Part shown: positions 30,978 to 40,632 of the stretch, piece by piece
Layout: the number at the start of each line of letters is the position of its first letter
Position numbering within the stretch: the first letter of the stretch is position 1
Assembly (NCBI GenBank): GCA_035501255.1
Contig: DATJWM010000135.1
Span: forward strand, 60 to 64,059
Source: Mycobacteriales bacterium
GTDB taxonomy: Bacteria; Actinomycetota; Actinomycetes; JAFAQI01
Direction: 5' to 3'
DNA length: 64,000 nucleotides
The notes under the pieces: model-generated
The model's input: only the letters and a program-made list of their open reading frames with translations
The model's database searches: none
Told to the model about the DNA's origin: nothing
Made by a program: the position numbers and the translations under genes

Positions 30978-31693
30978 TGACCACTCCCACCGGCGCCCCC
31001 GTCCTCGCTCTGGAGGACGTGCGCAAGACCTACCGCAACGGCTCGCTCGAGGTCGAGGCGCTGCGCGGCATCACCCTCGACATCGACGACGGCGAGTACG
31101 TCGCGATCATGGGCCCGTCGGGCTCGGGCAAGTCGACGCTCATGCACATCCTCGGCTGCCTGGACACCCCGACATCGGGACGTTACCGGCTTGCCGGCGA
31201 GGACGTGGCGACCATGAACGAGGCGGCTCTGGCCCACGTCCGCAACCGGCGGATCGGCTTCGTGTTCCAGCAGTTCAATCTGCTTGCTTCGTTGAGCGCA
31301 CTTCGCAACGTCGAACTACCGCTGACCTACGCCGGAGCCAGTCCTGCAGATCGACGCAGCCGCGCTCTCGAGGCGCTAACCAGGGTCGGTCTCGGTGACC
31401 GCGTCGAACACCGACCGGGCGAGCTGTCCGGTGGCCAGCAACAGCGGGTCGCCGTCGCACGGGCTCTGGTCACGGATCCGACGCTGATTCTCGCCGACGA
31501 ACCGACCGGCAACCTTGACTCGACCTCGAGCGCGGACGTGCTCGCACTGCTGGCGGAACTGCACGATGGCGGACGCACGATCGTTCTGATCACGCACGAG
31601 GCGGACGTCGCCGCCGCCGCGCAGCGAATCGTCCGGATGAAGGACGGTCTCCTCGATCCGGACCTCGCGACCTCGATGGGCGGGGCGCGATGA
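30977..31693 (+). CDS. MacB/LolD-type ABC transporter ATP-binding protein
   Basis: Walker [10 protein letters not shown], signature [15 protein letters not shown], Walker [16 protein letters not shown] coupling. Confidence 0.92.
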   Translation: MTTPTGAPVLALEDVRKTYRNGSLEVEALRGITLDIDDGEYVAIMGPSGSGKSTLMHILGCLDTPTSGRYRLAGEDVATMNEAALAHVRNRRIGFVFQQFNLLASLSALRNVELPLTYAGASPADRRSRALEALTRVGLGDRVEHRPGELSGGQQQRVAVARALVTDPTLILADEPTGNLDSTSSADVLALLAELHDGGRTIVLITHEADVAAAAQRIVRMKDGLLDPDLATSMGGAR

Positions 31694-33000
31694 GCTGGCT
31701 CGAGACGGCCCGAACCGGGCTCACGGCGATCGTGACCCACCGGATGCGCTCGATCCTCACAATGCTCGGAATCCTGATCGGGATCGCCGCGGTGATTCTC
31801 ACGGTGGGCCTCGGGCAAGGAGCCCAACAGCAGGTGGGCAGCGAGATCAGCGCCCTAGGAAGCAACCTGCTCATCGTCTCCCCCGGGAGTGCGACGAGCT
31901 CGACCGGCATCCGCGGCGGCTTCGGATCGGCCTCCACGCTCACCACCGAGGACGCGACGGCACTGTCGTCCAAGGTCACCGCCCCCGACATCAAGGCCGT
32001 CGCGGCGACCACCTCGACCTCGGAGGAGCTCACCGTTGATTCCTCCGCCACCGGCAATCGGTTCGCGGCGCTGGCAGCGTCCGGCTCGTCCTCCTCCTCG
32101 TCATCGTCCTCGGCGACGAACTGGACCACGACCGTGGCCGGCACGACCCCGTCGTGGCTCTCGGTTCGGTCTCGCTCGGTCGTCGAGGGACGATTCATCA
32201 CCGCGCACGACGTGGCGACGAACGCCGCCGTCGTCGTGCTCGGATCGGAGACCTCGTCCGAGCTGTTCAGCGGACGGGACCCGGTCGGGCAGACGGTGAC
32301 CATCGCCGACATCCCGTTCACCGTGGTCGGCGTCTTGAACTCGGTCGGGTCGGGCGCCTCGTCCAGCTCCGATCAGGACGACACCGCGATCGTGCCGATC
32401 ACGACCGCGATGACCCGGGTCGTCGGAGGGACGTCGCGCACCTCGGTCAGCACGATCTACATCGAGGCGACCAGCTCGAAGACGATCTCCGCCGCCTATC
32501 AGGAGGCGGACGCAGAACTCCTGGCCCTGCACGGCATCACGACCTCGTCCGACGCCGACTTCTCGATCGCCTCCCAGCAATCGATCCTGAGTACGGCGAC
32601 CAGCGTCGACCGGACGCTCACCATCTTGCTCGGCGGAATCGCTGGCATCTCCTTGTTCGTCGGGGGGATCGGCGTGATGAACATCATGCTGGTGTCGGTC
32701 ACCGAGCGGATCCGCGAGATCGGGTTGCGCAAAGCCCTCGGCGCCACGCCGAGCGCAATCCGTCGCCAGTTCCTCGTCGAGGCCGGAACCCTCGGATTGA
32801 CCGGCGGGATCCTCGGAGTCGCACTTGGTCTGATCGGCGCGGTCGTTCTCCCGCACTTCATCTCCGATCCGATCGCCATCTCCTCCACCGCGGCGATCGG
32901 CGCGATTGCGGTTGCCGTCGGAATCGGCCTGGTCTTCGGCGTCTACCCCGCCAGCAGAGCCGCGCGGCTCGCCCCCATCGACGCACTGCGTAGTGAATAA
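31690..33000 (+). CDS. MacB-type ABC transporter permease (FtsX-like) with a large extracytoplasmic domain
   Basis: N-terminal TM segment, a large Ser-rich extracytoplasmic domain, and a C-terminal FtsX module ([28 protein letters not shown]). ATGA coupling. Confidence 0.9.
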   Translation: MSWLETARTGLTAIVTHRMRSILTMLGILIGIAAVILTVGLGQGAQQQVGSEISALGSNLLIVSPGSATSSTGIRGGFGSASTLTTEDATALSSKVTAPDIKAVAATTSTSEELTVDSSATGNRFAALAASGSSSSSSSSSATNWTTTVAGTTPSWLSVRSRSVVEGRFITAHDVATNAAVVVLGSETSSELFSGRDPVGQTVTIADIPFTVVGVLNSVGSGASSSSDQDDTAIVPITTAMTRVVGGTSRTSVSTIYIEATSSKTISAAYQEADAELLALHGITTSSDADFSIASQQSILSTATSVDRTLTILLGGIAGISLFVGGIGVMNIMLVSVTERIREIGLRKALGATPSAIRRQFLVEAGTLGLTGGILGVALGLIGAVVLPHFISDPIAISSTAAIGAIAVAVGIGLVFGVYPASRAARLAPIDALRSE

Positions 33001-33015
33001 CCGAAGGAGCACCCC

Positions 33016-33957
33016 GTGACCCCCCACATCCGGACCGCCTCGACCGGCGGCAAGCGTCGCCTCGCCACCGTCGCGGTGATCGGCGCGAGCGCCGCGGTGC
33101 TCGCCGCGTGCGGAAGCGGCTCAACCGGCGGCAACTCCGGCGGCGGCGGAGCGTCAGACGCTCCCACCGGAAGCGCGGCGGGGTTCGCCCCGGTAACGGG
33201 CAAGGTTGTGTCCACCGGAAGCTCGGGTGCGCGCGTGTCCACGACGTCCGGCAAGACCGACGTGGCGTTCGCGTCGACGACCCGGTTCACCACGCTCGCG
33301 ACGATCGACAAGGCCGCCCTCAAGGTCGGCCAGTGCGTCACCGTGTCGAGCTCGTCGACCACCAGCTCAGCCACCGCGATCACGGCAACCACCATCACGG
33401 TCACCAGCAACACCGCGTGCAGTACCGCCCGCAGCTTCGGTAGACCCGGCACGGGTAATGGCGGCCCGCCGAGCGGCGGTAGCGTCGCCAGCGGCGCGCC
33501 CGGTGGTGAGGGCTTCCCCGGCGGCACGTCCGGGAGCGGGGGGTTGCCCGACGGGACACCTCCGACCGGCGGCGCCTCGGGCAGCGGCAACCGGGTCGGC
33601 GGGTTCCCGAGGGCGGGGACGATCACCTCGATCTCCGGCTCGACGATCACGATCAAGTCCCTCGTGCGCGGTGTCGCCGGCGGATCATCGTCGCCCTCGA
33701 CCGGCCACGTCACCGTGACGACCTCGGGGTCGACGACGTTGCGACGCAGCGTCACCGGATCGAAGAGCGACGTCGTCACCGGCACGTGCCTCACCGCGAT
33801 CGGCCAGAAGACAAGCGGCGGAGTCGTTGATGCCTTCTCGGTCACGGTCTCCAGTCCCAGCGACGGCACCTGCACCGCGAGCACCAGCGGGTTCGGTGGC
33901 GGGTTCGGTTTCGGTGGCCCACGGGGTTCCCGCCCGAACGGGTCGACCAGTGCCTAG
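33016..33957 (+). CDS. Lipoprotein with two DUF5666-like repeats separated by a Gly/Pro-rich linker
   Basis: LAAC lipobox. Two repeats of the pattern G(K/T)V/ITS..GS...V.T.SG...V......T (GKVVSTGSSGARVSTTSGKTDVAF...; GTITSISGSTITIKS...). GAAGGAG RBS before the GTG at 33016. Confidence 0.7.
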   Translation: MTPHIRTASTGGKRRLATVAVIGASAAVLAACGSGSTGGNSGGGGASDAPTGSAAGFAPVTGKVVSTGSSGARVSTTSGKTDVAFASTTRFTTLATIDKAALKVGQCVTVSSSSTTSSATAITATTITVTSNTACSTARSFGRPGTGNGGPPSGGSVASGAPGGEGFPGGTSGSGGLPDGTPPTGGASGSGNRVGGFPRAGTITSISGSTITIKSLVRGVAGGSSSPSTGHVTVTTSGSTTLRRSVTGSKSDVVTGTCLTAIGQKTSGGVVDAFSVTVSSPSDGTCTASTSGFGGGFGFGGPRGSRPNGSTSA

Positions 33958-35623
33958 CGTGCTCATTCGCCGCCGGGTGATCGTCGGCGGCCTCGCCGTC
34001 GTCATCGTCGCCGCTGCCGGCACGTCGGCGTGGGCGATGAGCGGCGGTTCGGGGACGGCGTACCGGCTTGCCACGGTCGGCCGCGGGTCGGTCGTCGCGT
34101 CCATCGACACCACCGGGGTCATCTCACCGATCAAGTCGGCCAACGTCGACTTTCAGGTCTCCGGGACGGTCCGCCGGGTGGTCGTGAAGCAAGGTCAGCG
34201 GGTCACGGCCGGCGAGGTGCTCGCTCGCCTCAAACGGGCCGATCTGCGTGCGACCCTCACGGCCGCCGAATCCACGCTCAGCGCCGCCCGCGAAACGCTG
34301 ACCTCCGACGAGGCCAGCCAGTCCACGAGCACGGTCGCGAACAGTACGTCGACGAGCAGCGCAGCGACGTCCACCGGCTCGACCGCGTCCGGCAACCAGC
34401 ACAACAGTACGACCGGAAACTCCAAGAAGATTCAGGCTGATCAGCTCACGTTGGTCAATGCCCAGCGTCGCGCGGATGCGGACCTAGCGACCGCAAAGGC
34501 AGCGTTGGCGGCGGAGAAGACCGCGTGCGCGAGCGAGCTCAGCGACGCCTCATCGTCCTCGAGTGCGACCTCGGGCGCGTCGAGTACTGCCTCCGACGAC
34601 TGCACCGCCGCGGTCCAGACGCTGTACGCCGCCCAGAGCGCGGTCAGTAAGGACCAGCGCGCCGTCCAAGCGGCACAGACCGCCCTCACCAAGGACCTCG
34701 GCGTCTCCACAACCTCGGCCGCCCCCACCGCTGCACACACTCGCACCAGCGGCACGACGAGCAGCACGTCCACCGACAGTGGCGCGACCACACAACGCCA
34801 CCAGAGCACGTCGGCGACCGACACCGCCAGCGCAACGACCGCGACGACGACCGTGACCGCGGCCCAACTCGCCTCCGACCAGGCGACGATCGACACCGAC
34901 CGTGCCGCAGTCGCGACGGCCCGGGCGAACCTCGCCCAGGCCGTCGTGCGCAGCCCGATGTCCGGACGGGTCGTCACCGTCACCGTCGCCCGCGGTGACC
35001 AGGTCTCCGGCTCATCGAGCTCGACCAGCCCGGCGTTCCAAGTTGTGGGATCCCCGCAGAGCCAGGTCACGATCGGGCTCACGGCCGCCCAGATCCGAAC
35101 AGTGAAAACCGGGATGCAAGCGCGGGTCACTGCGGACGGCGCCGCGACGTCGGTGACGGGCATTGTCACGTCGGTGGGCATCGCGGCGGCGGAGTCCTCG
35201 ACCGGCTCCTCGACCTACCCGGTCGTGATCGCCGTGTCCAAGACCGCGACGTCGCTGGTGTCGGGAGCGGACGCCGCGGTCTCGATCGTCCTCGCGCACG
35301 TGCGCAACGCGCTCATCGTCCCCACCTCTGCGGTGCACCGCAGCGGCGAGAAGAGCTACGTCGAGACCCTCGCGAACGGCCGACTGACCCGCACGACCGT
35401 GACCGTCGGCGCGATGGGCGCGACGACCACCCAGATCCTCGCCGGCCTGACCACCGGTCAGCGGGTGATCCTCGCAAACCTCAACGCCGCCGTACCGAGC
35501 AGCAGCAGCAACCTCACCACCGGCGGGGGCAACGGGTTCCGGTCGTTGCGCATCTCCGGTGGACCCGGCCCCGGCGGCTTCAGCCCGCCCGGTGGCGGTT
35601 CGGTGTCGGTCAGCGGGAAGTAG
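33950..35623 (+). CDS. Second, elongated membrane-fusion protein (HlyD-like) with a Ser/Thr-rich coiled-coil insert and a Gly-rich tail
   Basis: TM segment, VDFQVSGTVRRVVVKQGQRVTAGEVLARL barrel motif, SPMSGRVVTVTVARGDQV, and TAAQIRTVKTGMQARVT. The GTG at 33950 overlaps the upstream stop. Confidence 0.7.
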   Translation: MPSVLIRRRVIVGGLAVVIVAAAGTSAWAMSGGSGTAYRLATVGRGSVVASIDTTGVISPIKSANVDFQVSGTVRRVVVKQGQRVTAGEVLARLKRADLRATLTAAESTLSAARETLTSDEASQSTSTVANSTSTSSAATSTGSTASGNQHNSTTGNSKKIQADQLTLVNAQRRADADLATAKAALAAEKTACASELSDASSSSSATSGASSTASDDCTAAVQTLYAAQSAVSKDQRAVQAAQTALTKDLGVSTTSAAPTAAHTRTSGTTSSTSTDSGATTQRHQSTSATDTASATTATTTVTAAQLASDQATIDTDRAAVATARANLAQAVVRSPMSGRVVTVTVARGDQVSGSSSSTSPAFQVVGSPQSQVTIGLTAAQIRTVKTGMQARVTADGAATSVTGIVTSVGIAAAESSTGSSTYPVVIAVSKTATSLVSGADAAVSIVLAHVRNALIVPTSAVHRSGEKSYVETLANGRLTRTTVTVGAMGATTTQILAGLTTGQRVILANLNAAVPSSSSNLTTGGGNGFRSLRISGGPGPGGFSPPGGGSVSVSGK

Positions 35624-35691
35624 CACCGGCTCGCAGCGAGCTCACAGCGCTGCTCAAGGCTGCATCCATCCGCAGGTCGCACCGTGGCTGC

Positions 35692-36927
35692 ATGACGACG
35701 ACCCCATGTGCACCGCCCCCCACGACGAACCCGCGAGTCGACCAACGCGATCCCGGGACGAGGCCGGACCCGCAGGCCGTTGTCGACATCGTCGTCCCTG
35801 TCTACAACGAGCAGGCGAGCCTCGAGGTCAGTGTCCGGCGCCTGCACGTGTTCCTTTCGAGCGCACTACCCGTCTCGGCGCGGATCACCATTGCCGACAA
35901 CGCCAGCACCGACGGGACGTGGCCACTTGCGTGTCGGCTCGCCTGCGACCTGCCTGGGGTCCGAGCCATCCGGCTCGAGCGCAAAGGCCGAGGCCGGGCG
36001 CTGCGCAACGCCTGGACCGACAGCGACGCCGACATCCTCGTCTACATGGACGTCGACCTCTCGACCGACCTCGCGGCGCTGCTTCCGCTGATCGCGCCGC
36101 TGCTGTCCGGCCACAGCGACCTGGCGATCGGGACGCGGCTCGCACACGGTTCCCGGGTTGTCCGCGGCCGCAAGCGCGAGTTCATCTCCCGGACCTACAA
36201 CCGGATCGTTCGGGCCTCCCTCGGCGCCCGCTTCTCAGACGCGCAGTGCGGTTTCAAGGCGATCCGGCGCGACCGGGCACAGCAACTGCTCCCGCTCGTT
36301 CGCGACGAGGAGTGGTTCTTCGACACCGAGTTGCTCGTCCTCGCCGAGCGCGCCGGGCTGCGCATCCACGAGGTGCCGGTCGACTGGATCGACGACCCGG
36401 TCTCGAAGGTGGACATCACCTCAACCGCCGTCGCCGACCTCAAGGGCATCGCCCGGTTGCGGCGAAGCCTCGCCCGGGATCAGGTCGCGCTGCGCGTCGA
36501 ACCGGAGCCAGGCCCGCCGCGCACCAGCGCCCAGATCGTTCGGTTCGCGGCGATCGGCGTCGCCAGCACGATCGCGTACGTCGTCCTCTACCTGATGCTG
36601 CGGGTCGGCCTCGGACCGGTTCTCGCGAACGCACTCGCGCTCCTCACCACCGCGATCGCGAACACAGCGGTGAACCGCCGGCTCACCTTCGGGGTCCGTG
36701 GGCGGGCGAACGCGGTCAGGCACCAGGCCCAGGGTTTGGCGGTCTTCGGCCTCGCCCTTGCCGTCACGACGGCCGCACTCGGCGTCCTGCACGCGGCATC
36801 GGCCAACCCCGGCCGCAGCACCGAGGCCTCCGTCCTGGTGATCGCGAACCTCGCCGCGACCGCGATCCGCTTCGGGCTGCTCCGAGGCTGGGTGTTTGCT
36901 GGCTCACAGGCGGCTCACAGGGGATGA
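35692..36927 (+). CDS. Bifunctional GT2 polyprenyl-phosphate glycosyltransferase fused to a GtrA-like membrane domain
   Basis: IVVPVYNE, DNASTDGT and YMDVDLSTD (DxD) GT2 motifs. The C-terminal four TM segments carry the GtrA pattern (VRFAAIGVASTIAYVVLYLML...RFGLLRGWVF). Confidence 0.85.
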   Translation: MTTTPCAPPPTTNPRVDQRDPGTRPDPQAVVDIVVPVYNEQASLEVSVRRLHVFLSSALPVSARITIADNASTDGTWPLACRLACDLPGVRAIRLERKGRGRALRNAWTDSDADILVYMDVDLSTDLAALLPLIAPLLSGHSDLAIGTRLAHGSRVVRGRKREFISRTYNRIVRASLGARFSDAQCGFKAIRRDRAQQLLPLVRDEEWFFDTELLVLAERAGLRIHEVPVDWIDDPVSKVDITSTAVADLKGIARLRRSLARDQVALRVEPEPGPPRTSAQIVRFAAIGVASTIAYVVLYLMLRVGLGPVLANALALLTTAIANTAVNRRLTFGVRGRANAVRHQAQGLAVFGLALAVTTAALGVLHAASANPGRSTEASVLVIANLAATAIRFGLLRGWVFAGSQAAHRG

Positions 36928-37008
36928 TCAGGAGCGCGTCAGCGCGCGGCGGGACCCTAGGTCATGACGCTGACCAGCGAGGCGCGAGCCGACGTGCAGA
37001 GGATCGAT

Positions 37009-37725
37009 ATGACCGCGCAGCCAAGTCCGGCCGGAGAAGCCCGACTGCTCGTCGTCGACGACGAGCCGAACATCCTCGAACTGCTGTCGGCGAGCCTGCG
37101 CTTCGCCGGATTCGACGTCGCCACCGCAACCAACGGCAACGAGGCGCTCAAGGTCGCGACGACCTACCGGCCCGACCTCATCGTGCTCGACGTCATGATG
37201 CCGGGCATCGACGGATTCGAAGTGGTCCGGCGGCTGCGGCAGGACGAGCAGCGCATGCCGGTGCTCTTTTTGACCGCCCGCGACGCCACCGAGGACAAGA
37301 TCACCGGACTGACCCTCGGTGGCGATGACTACATCACCAAGCCGTTCAGCCTCGAGGAGGTCATCGCGCGGATCCGGGCGGTCCTGCGCCGGCTGTCGGT
37401 CGCGGCGCCGGGACCGAATTATGCCGTGCTGACCTACGGCGACATCGAACTCAACGACGACACCCACGAGGTGTTCAAGGCAGGTACGCCGGTGTCGCTG
37501 TCGCCGACGGAGTTCAAGCTCCTGCGCTACTTCATGCAAAACCCGACGCGGGTGCTGTCCAAGGCGCAGATCCTCGACCATGTCTGGCACTACGACTTCG
37601 GCGGCGATGCGAACGTGGTGGAGTCCTACGTGTCCTATCTCCGCCGCAAGGTCGACACCACCGAGCCCCGCCTGCTGCACACCATCCGAAGCGTCGGATA
37701 CGTTCTGCGACTGCCGCGCGAGTAG
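37009..37725 (+). CDS. OmpR/PhoB-family response regulator
   Basis: LLVVDDEPNI...DLIVLDVMMPGIDG receiver domain and a winged-helix output domain (LSPTEFKLLRYF...VRSVGYVLR). ATG at 37009 has a GAGGA RBS. Confidence 0.9.
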   Translation: MTAQPSPAGEARLLVVDDEPNILELLSASLRFAGFDVATATNGNEALKVATTYRPDLIVLDVMMPGIDGFEVVRRLRQDEQRMPVLFLTARDATEDKITGLTLGGDDYITKPFSLEEVIARIRAVLRRLSVAAPGPNYAVLTYGDIELNDDTHEVFKAGTPVSLSPTEFKLLRYFMQNPTRVLSKAQILDHVWHYDFGGDANVVESYVSYLRRKVDTTEPRLLHTIRSVGYVLRLPRE

Positions 37726-37727
37726 CT

Positions 37728-39332
37728 GTGCCCAATCCCGTCCTTGCCGCGCGCGGACTTGCCGCCCGAACCCCACTGCGGATCAAGCTGGTCGCGGCGT
37801 TCCTCGTCCTTGCCGCGGCCGGATTGACGCTCACCGCGTTCGCGGCGACGGCCGCGCTTCGGTCCTATCTCCTGAATCGACTCGATGACCAGCTGGCCAC
37901 GGCTGCCGGCCCGATCGCGAACCGAGCCGGCGGATTTAACGCCCAGCCCGACCGTTACGGCGCTCCTCCCGGCGGCAGCGCGACCGGCAGCGAAAGCGTT
38001 CCGAGCAGCGGGAGCTCGCGGACCCAACCGACGCCGAGCGCGTTCTACGTCGCCTTCATCGACCCGTCCGGACGAATCGATGCCCCGCCCACCAGCCAGT
38101 TCGGCGTGACCTCGCCGCCGAAGCTGCCGACCCTGACGACCGCACGGTTGGCGGCGTTGCACGGCAAGCCGTTCACGGTGTCCTCGCGCGACGGCCACAC
38201 GTCCTGGCGGGTCGTCGCGCACGAACTGCCGGACGACTCGGGCGGCATCGTCGTCGCGACCTCGATGACCGAGCTGAACCACACCGTGACTCACCTGATC
38301 CTGCTCGAGCTGGTGATCGGTGGTCTCGTTCTGGTCCTGATGGGCGGCGGCGGATACCTGCTGATCCGGCGCTCGCTGCGCCCCCTCGTCGAGGTTGAGC
38401 ACACGGCGGAGGCCATTGCGGCAGGTGACCTGACCCGACGAGTGACCCCGTTACCCACCAGCACGGAGCTCGGACGGCTCTCCGACGCGCTCAACTCGAT
38501 GTTGGGACAGATCGAGACGGCGTTCGCCAAGGAACGCGACTCCCAGCGCAAGGCAAAGGCGTCCGAGGACAAGATGCGCCAGTTCGTCGCCGACGCGAGC
38601 CACGAGCTGCGAACGCCGCTCACCTCGATCCGTGGGTTCGCCGAACTGCACCGGATGGGTGCCACCACGGACGAGGCCGAGGTCGCCCGGCTGATGCGCC
38701 GAGTCGAAGACGAGGCCGCACGGATGGGCGTCCTCGTCGACGACCTGCTCCTGCTGGCCCGGCTCGACCAGCAACGTCCGCTCGAGCAGGCGCCCGTCGA
38801 CCTGCTCGAGATCGCCAGCGACGTCGTCCACGACGCCCGGGTGGTCGCGCCGGATCGCGCCATCGACCTCAAGGTCTCCACCACCTCGCCGCCGGTCGTG
38901 ATCGGCGACGAGCTGCGCTTGCGTCAGGTCGTGCGCAACCTCATGACCAACGCACTGACCCACACGCCGGCCGGCACTGCGGTGGCGGTGATCGTGTCGA
39001 CCAGCGACGGCACGCCACCGCAAGCCGTCGTCGAGATCGCTGACGCCGGCCCCGGTCTCGCCGAGCAGGACGCGGCCCACGCCTTCGAGCGGTTCTATCG
39101 CGCCGACAGTTCACGCAGCCGCGCGGGTGGAGGAACAGGGCTCGGCCTCGCGATCGTGCACGGGATCGTCACCGCGCACGGCGGAACGGTCTCGATCGAC
39201 TCCCGCCCCGGCGAAGGGGCGATCTTCCGCGTCAGTCTTCCGTTGACGAGCCCGTCCTTCCTCTCGACCTCGGCGCACGACGCCGACGATGATCCCGAGG
39301 CGCAACGGGCGGATCTCGGCCAACGGCGTTAG
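37728..39332 (+). CDS. Sensor histidine kinase (two TM segments, HAMP, HisKA, HATPase_c)
   Basis: H-box FVADASHELRTPLTSI, N-box VRNLMTNALTHTP, and G-boxes DAGPGL and GTGLGLAIV. Confidence 0.9.
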   Translation: MPNPVLAARGLAARTPLRIKLVAAFLVLAAAGLTLTAFAATAALRSYLLNRLDDQLATAAGPIANRAGGFNAQPDRYGAPPGGSATGSESVPSSGSSRTQPTPSAFYVAFIDPSGRIDAPPTSQFGVTSPPKLPTLTTARLAALHGKPFTVSSRDGHTSWRVVAHELPDDSGGIVVATSMTELNHTVTHLILLELVIGGLVLVLMGGGGYLLIRRSLRPLVEVEHTAEAIAAGDLTRRVTPLPTSTELGRLSDALNSMLGQIETAFAKERDSQRKAKASEDKMRQFVADASHELRTPLTSIRGFAELHRMGATTDEAEVARLMRRVEDEAARMGVLVDDLLLLARLDQQRPLEQAPVDLLEIASDVVHDARVVAPDRAIDLKVSTTSPPVVIGDELRLRQVVRNLMTNALTHTPAGTAVAVIVSTSDGTPPQAVVEIADAGPGLAEQDAAHAFERFYRADSSRSRAGGGTGLGLAIVHGIVTAHGGTVSIDSRPGEGAIFRVSLPLTSPSFLSTSAHDADDDPEAQRADLGQRR

Positions 39333-39344
39333 ATGATGCCGTAG

Positions 39345-40553
39345 ATGCCACCACCGTCCGCCACCAGAATCGCGGCGACCGCGCGCCGGATCGACCGCGC
39401 CGCCGGTGAGTTGTCGAACCGTGCGCAGCGGATGATGGAGGAGACGCTTCCGTGGTTTGCCACGATGCCCCCGCAGCCGCGGACGCTGGTCGGCTTGATC
39501 ATCCAGGCCGGAATCCAGGGCTTCGCCGATTGGCTCCGCGCTCCCGGTGCCGGCTCCCGGATCACCGCGGACGTGTTCGCGCTCGCCCCGACCGATCTCG
39601 CAAGCGTCGTGACCCTGGAGCAGACGGTCGAGCTCGTCCGAATCGCGGTCGAAGTGACCGAGGATGCGATCGAGGAGCTCGCCGCTCCCACCCAGCAGGT
39701 CTGGTTGCGCGAGGCGACCCTGCGCTACTCACGGGAGATCGCGTTCGCGGCCGCTCTCGTCTACGCCCGTGCAGCCGAGCAGCGCGGCACGTGGGACGCG
39801 CGGTTGGAGTCGCTCGTGGTCGATGCGATCGTCCGCGGCGAAGTCAGCGACTCGGTGCTGTCCCGGGCCGCGGCCCTCGGCTGGGCACAGCCCGAGCAGA
39901 TCTTCGCGATGGCCGGTCGGGCACCGGACGGTGATCCGGAGCGGATCCTGTCCCACGTGCGACGCCTCGGTTCGGACACCGGCACAGACATCCTCGCCGG
40001 AATCCAGACGTCGCGTCTTGTCGTGATCGTCGGTACGACCAGCAAGATCAGCCGGGTGACGAAAGCGCTGCTACCGGCGTTCGGCGCCGGGCCGATCGTC
40101 ACCGGCCTCCCAGTCACCGGCCTTGCCGCGGCCGCGGTCTCGGTGCAGGAAGTCCTGGCCGCGCTGCGCGTTGCGGCGGCCTGGCCGGAAGCGCCGCGGC
40201 CGGTGAACAGCGACGACCTGCTTGCCGAGCGAGCGATCGGTGGCGACCAGCGAGCCGTGCGTGCGCTGATCACCGAGATCTACCAGCCACTCGCCGAGGA
40301 TCCGCATCTGATCGCGACCGCGGATGCCTTCGTCCGCTGCGGCGGGGCGATCGAGTCGACCGGGCGTGCGTTGTTTGTCCATCCAAACACGGTGAGATAC
40401 CGATTACGACGCATTCACGAGGTTTGTCGGCACGATCTGACCGACGGCCGGGAGCGCTACATCATCCAGGTTGCTCTGACCCTGGGCCGACTCGAGATCC
40501 CCGGGGCGGAGGAGCCGAGCATCGCGCCACCGGCGAAGGTGGTGAGCTTGTAG
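39345..40553 (+). CDS. PucR-family transcriptional regulator at the head of the fab operon (like Rv2242 or Streptomyces FasR by position)
   Basis: C-terminal HTH LFVHPNTVRYRLRRI typical of PucR_C. Its position directly upstream of fabD matches known actinobacterial synteny. Confidence 0.8.
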   Translation: MPPPSATRIAATARRIDRAAGELSNRAQRMMEETLPWFATMPPQPRTLVGLIIQAGIQGFADWLRAPGAGSRITADVFALAPTDLASVVTLEQTVELVRIAVEVTEDAIEELAAPTQQVWLREATLRYSREIAFAAALVYARAAEQRGTWDARLESLVVDAIVRGEVSDSVLSRAAALGWAQPEQIFAMAGRAPDGDPERILSHVRRLGSDTGTDILAGIQTSRLVVIVGTTSKISRVTKALLPAFGAGPIVTGLPVTGLAAAAVSVQEVLAALRVAAAWPEAPRPVNSDDLLAERAIGGDQRAVRALITEIYQPLAEDPHLIATADAFVRCGGAIESTGRALFVHPNTVRYRLRRIHEVCRHDLTDGRERYIIQVALTLGRLEIPGAEEPSIAPPAKVVSL

Positions 40554-40564
40554 GATTCATACAA

Positions 40565-40583
40565 AGTTTTCGACCGAAAGACT
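40565..40583. promoter_or_regulatory. AT-rich imperfect palindrome in the fabD promoter region
   Basis: AGTTTTCG-AC-CGAAAGACT (core TTTCG-AC-CGAAA exact), 50-68 bp upstream of the fabD GTG. It sits inside the only AT-rich patch of this intergenic region. Confidence 0.3.
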
Positions 40584-40632
40584 GTGTGTGCCTACGCTGA
40601 CTTCACTGCCACTCTCGGGACAGGGTTGATAC

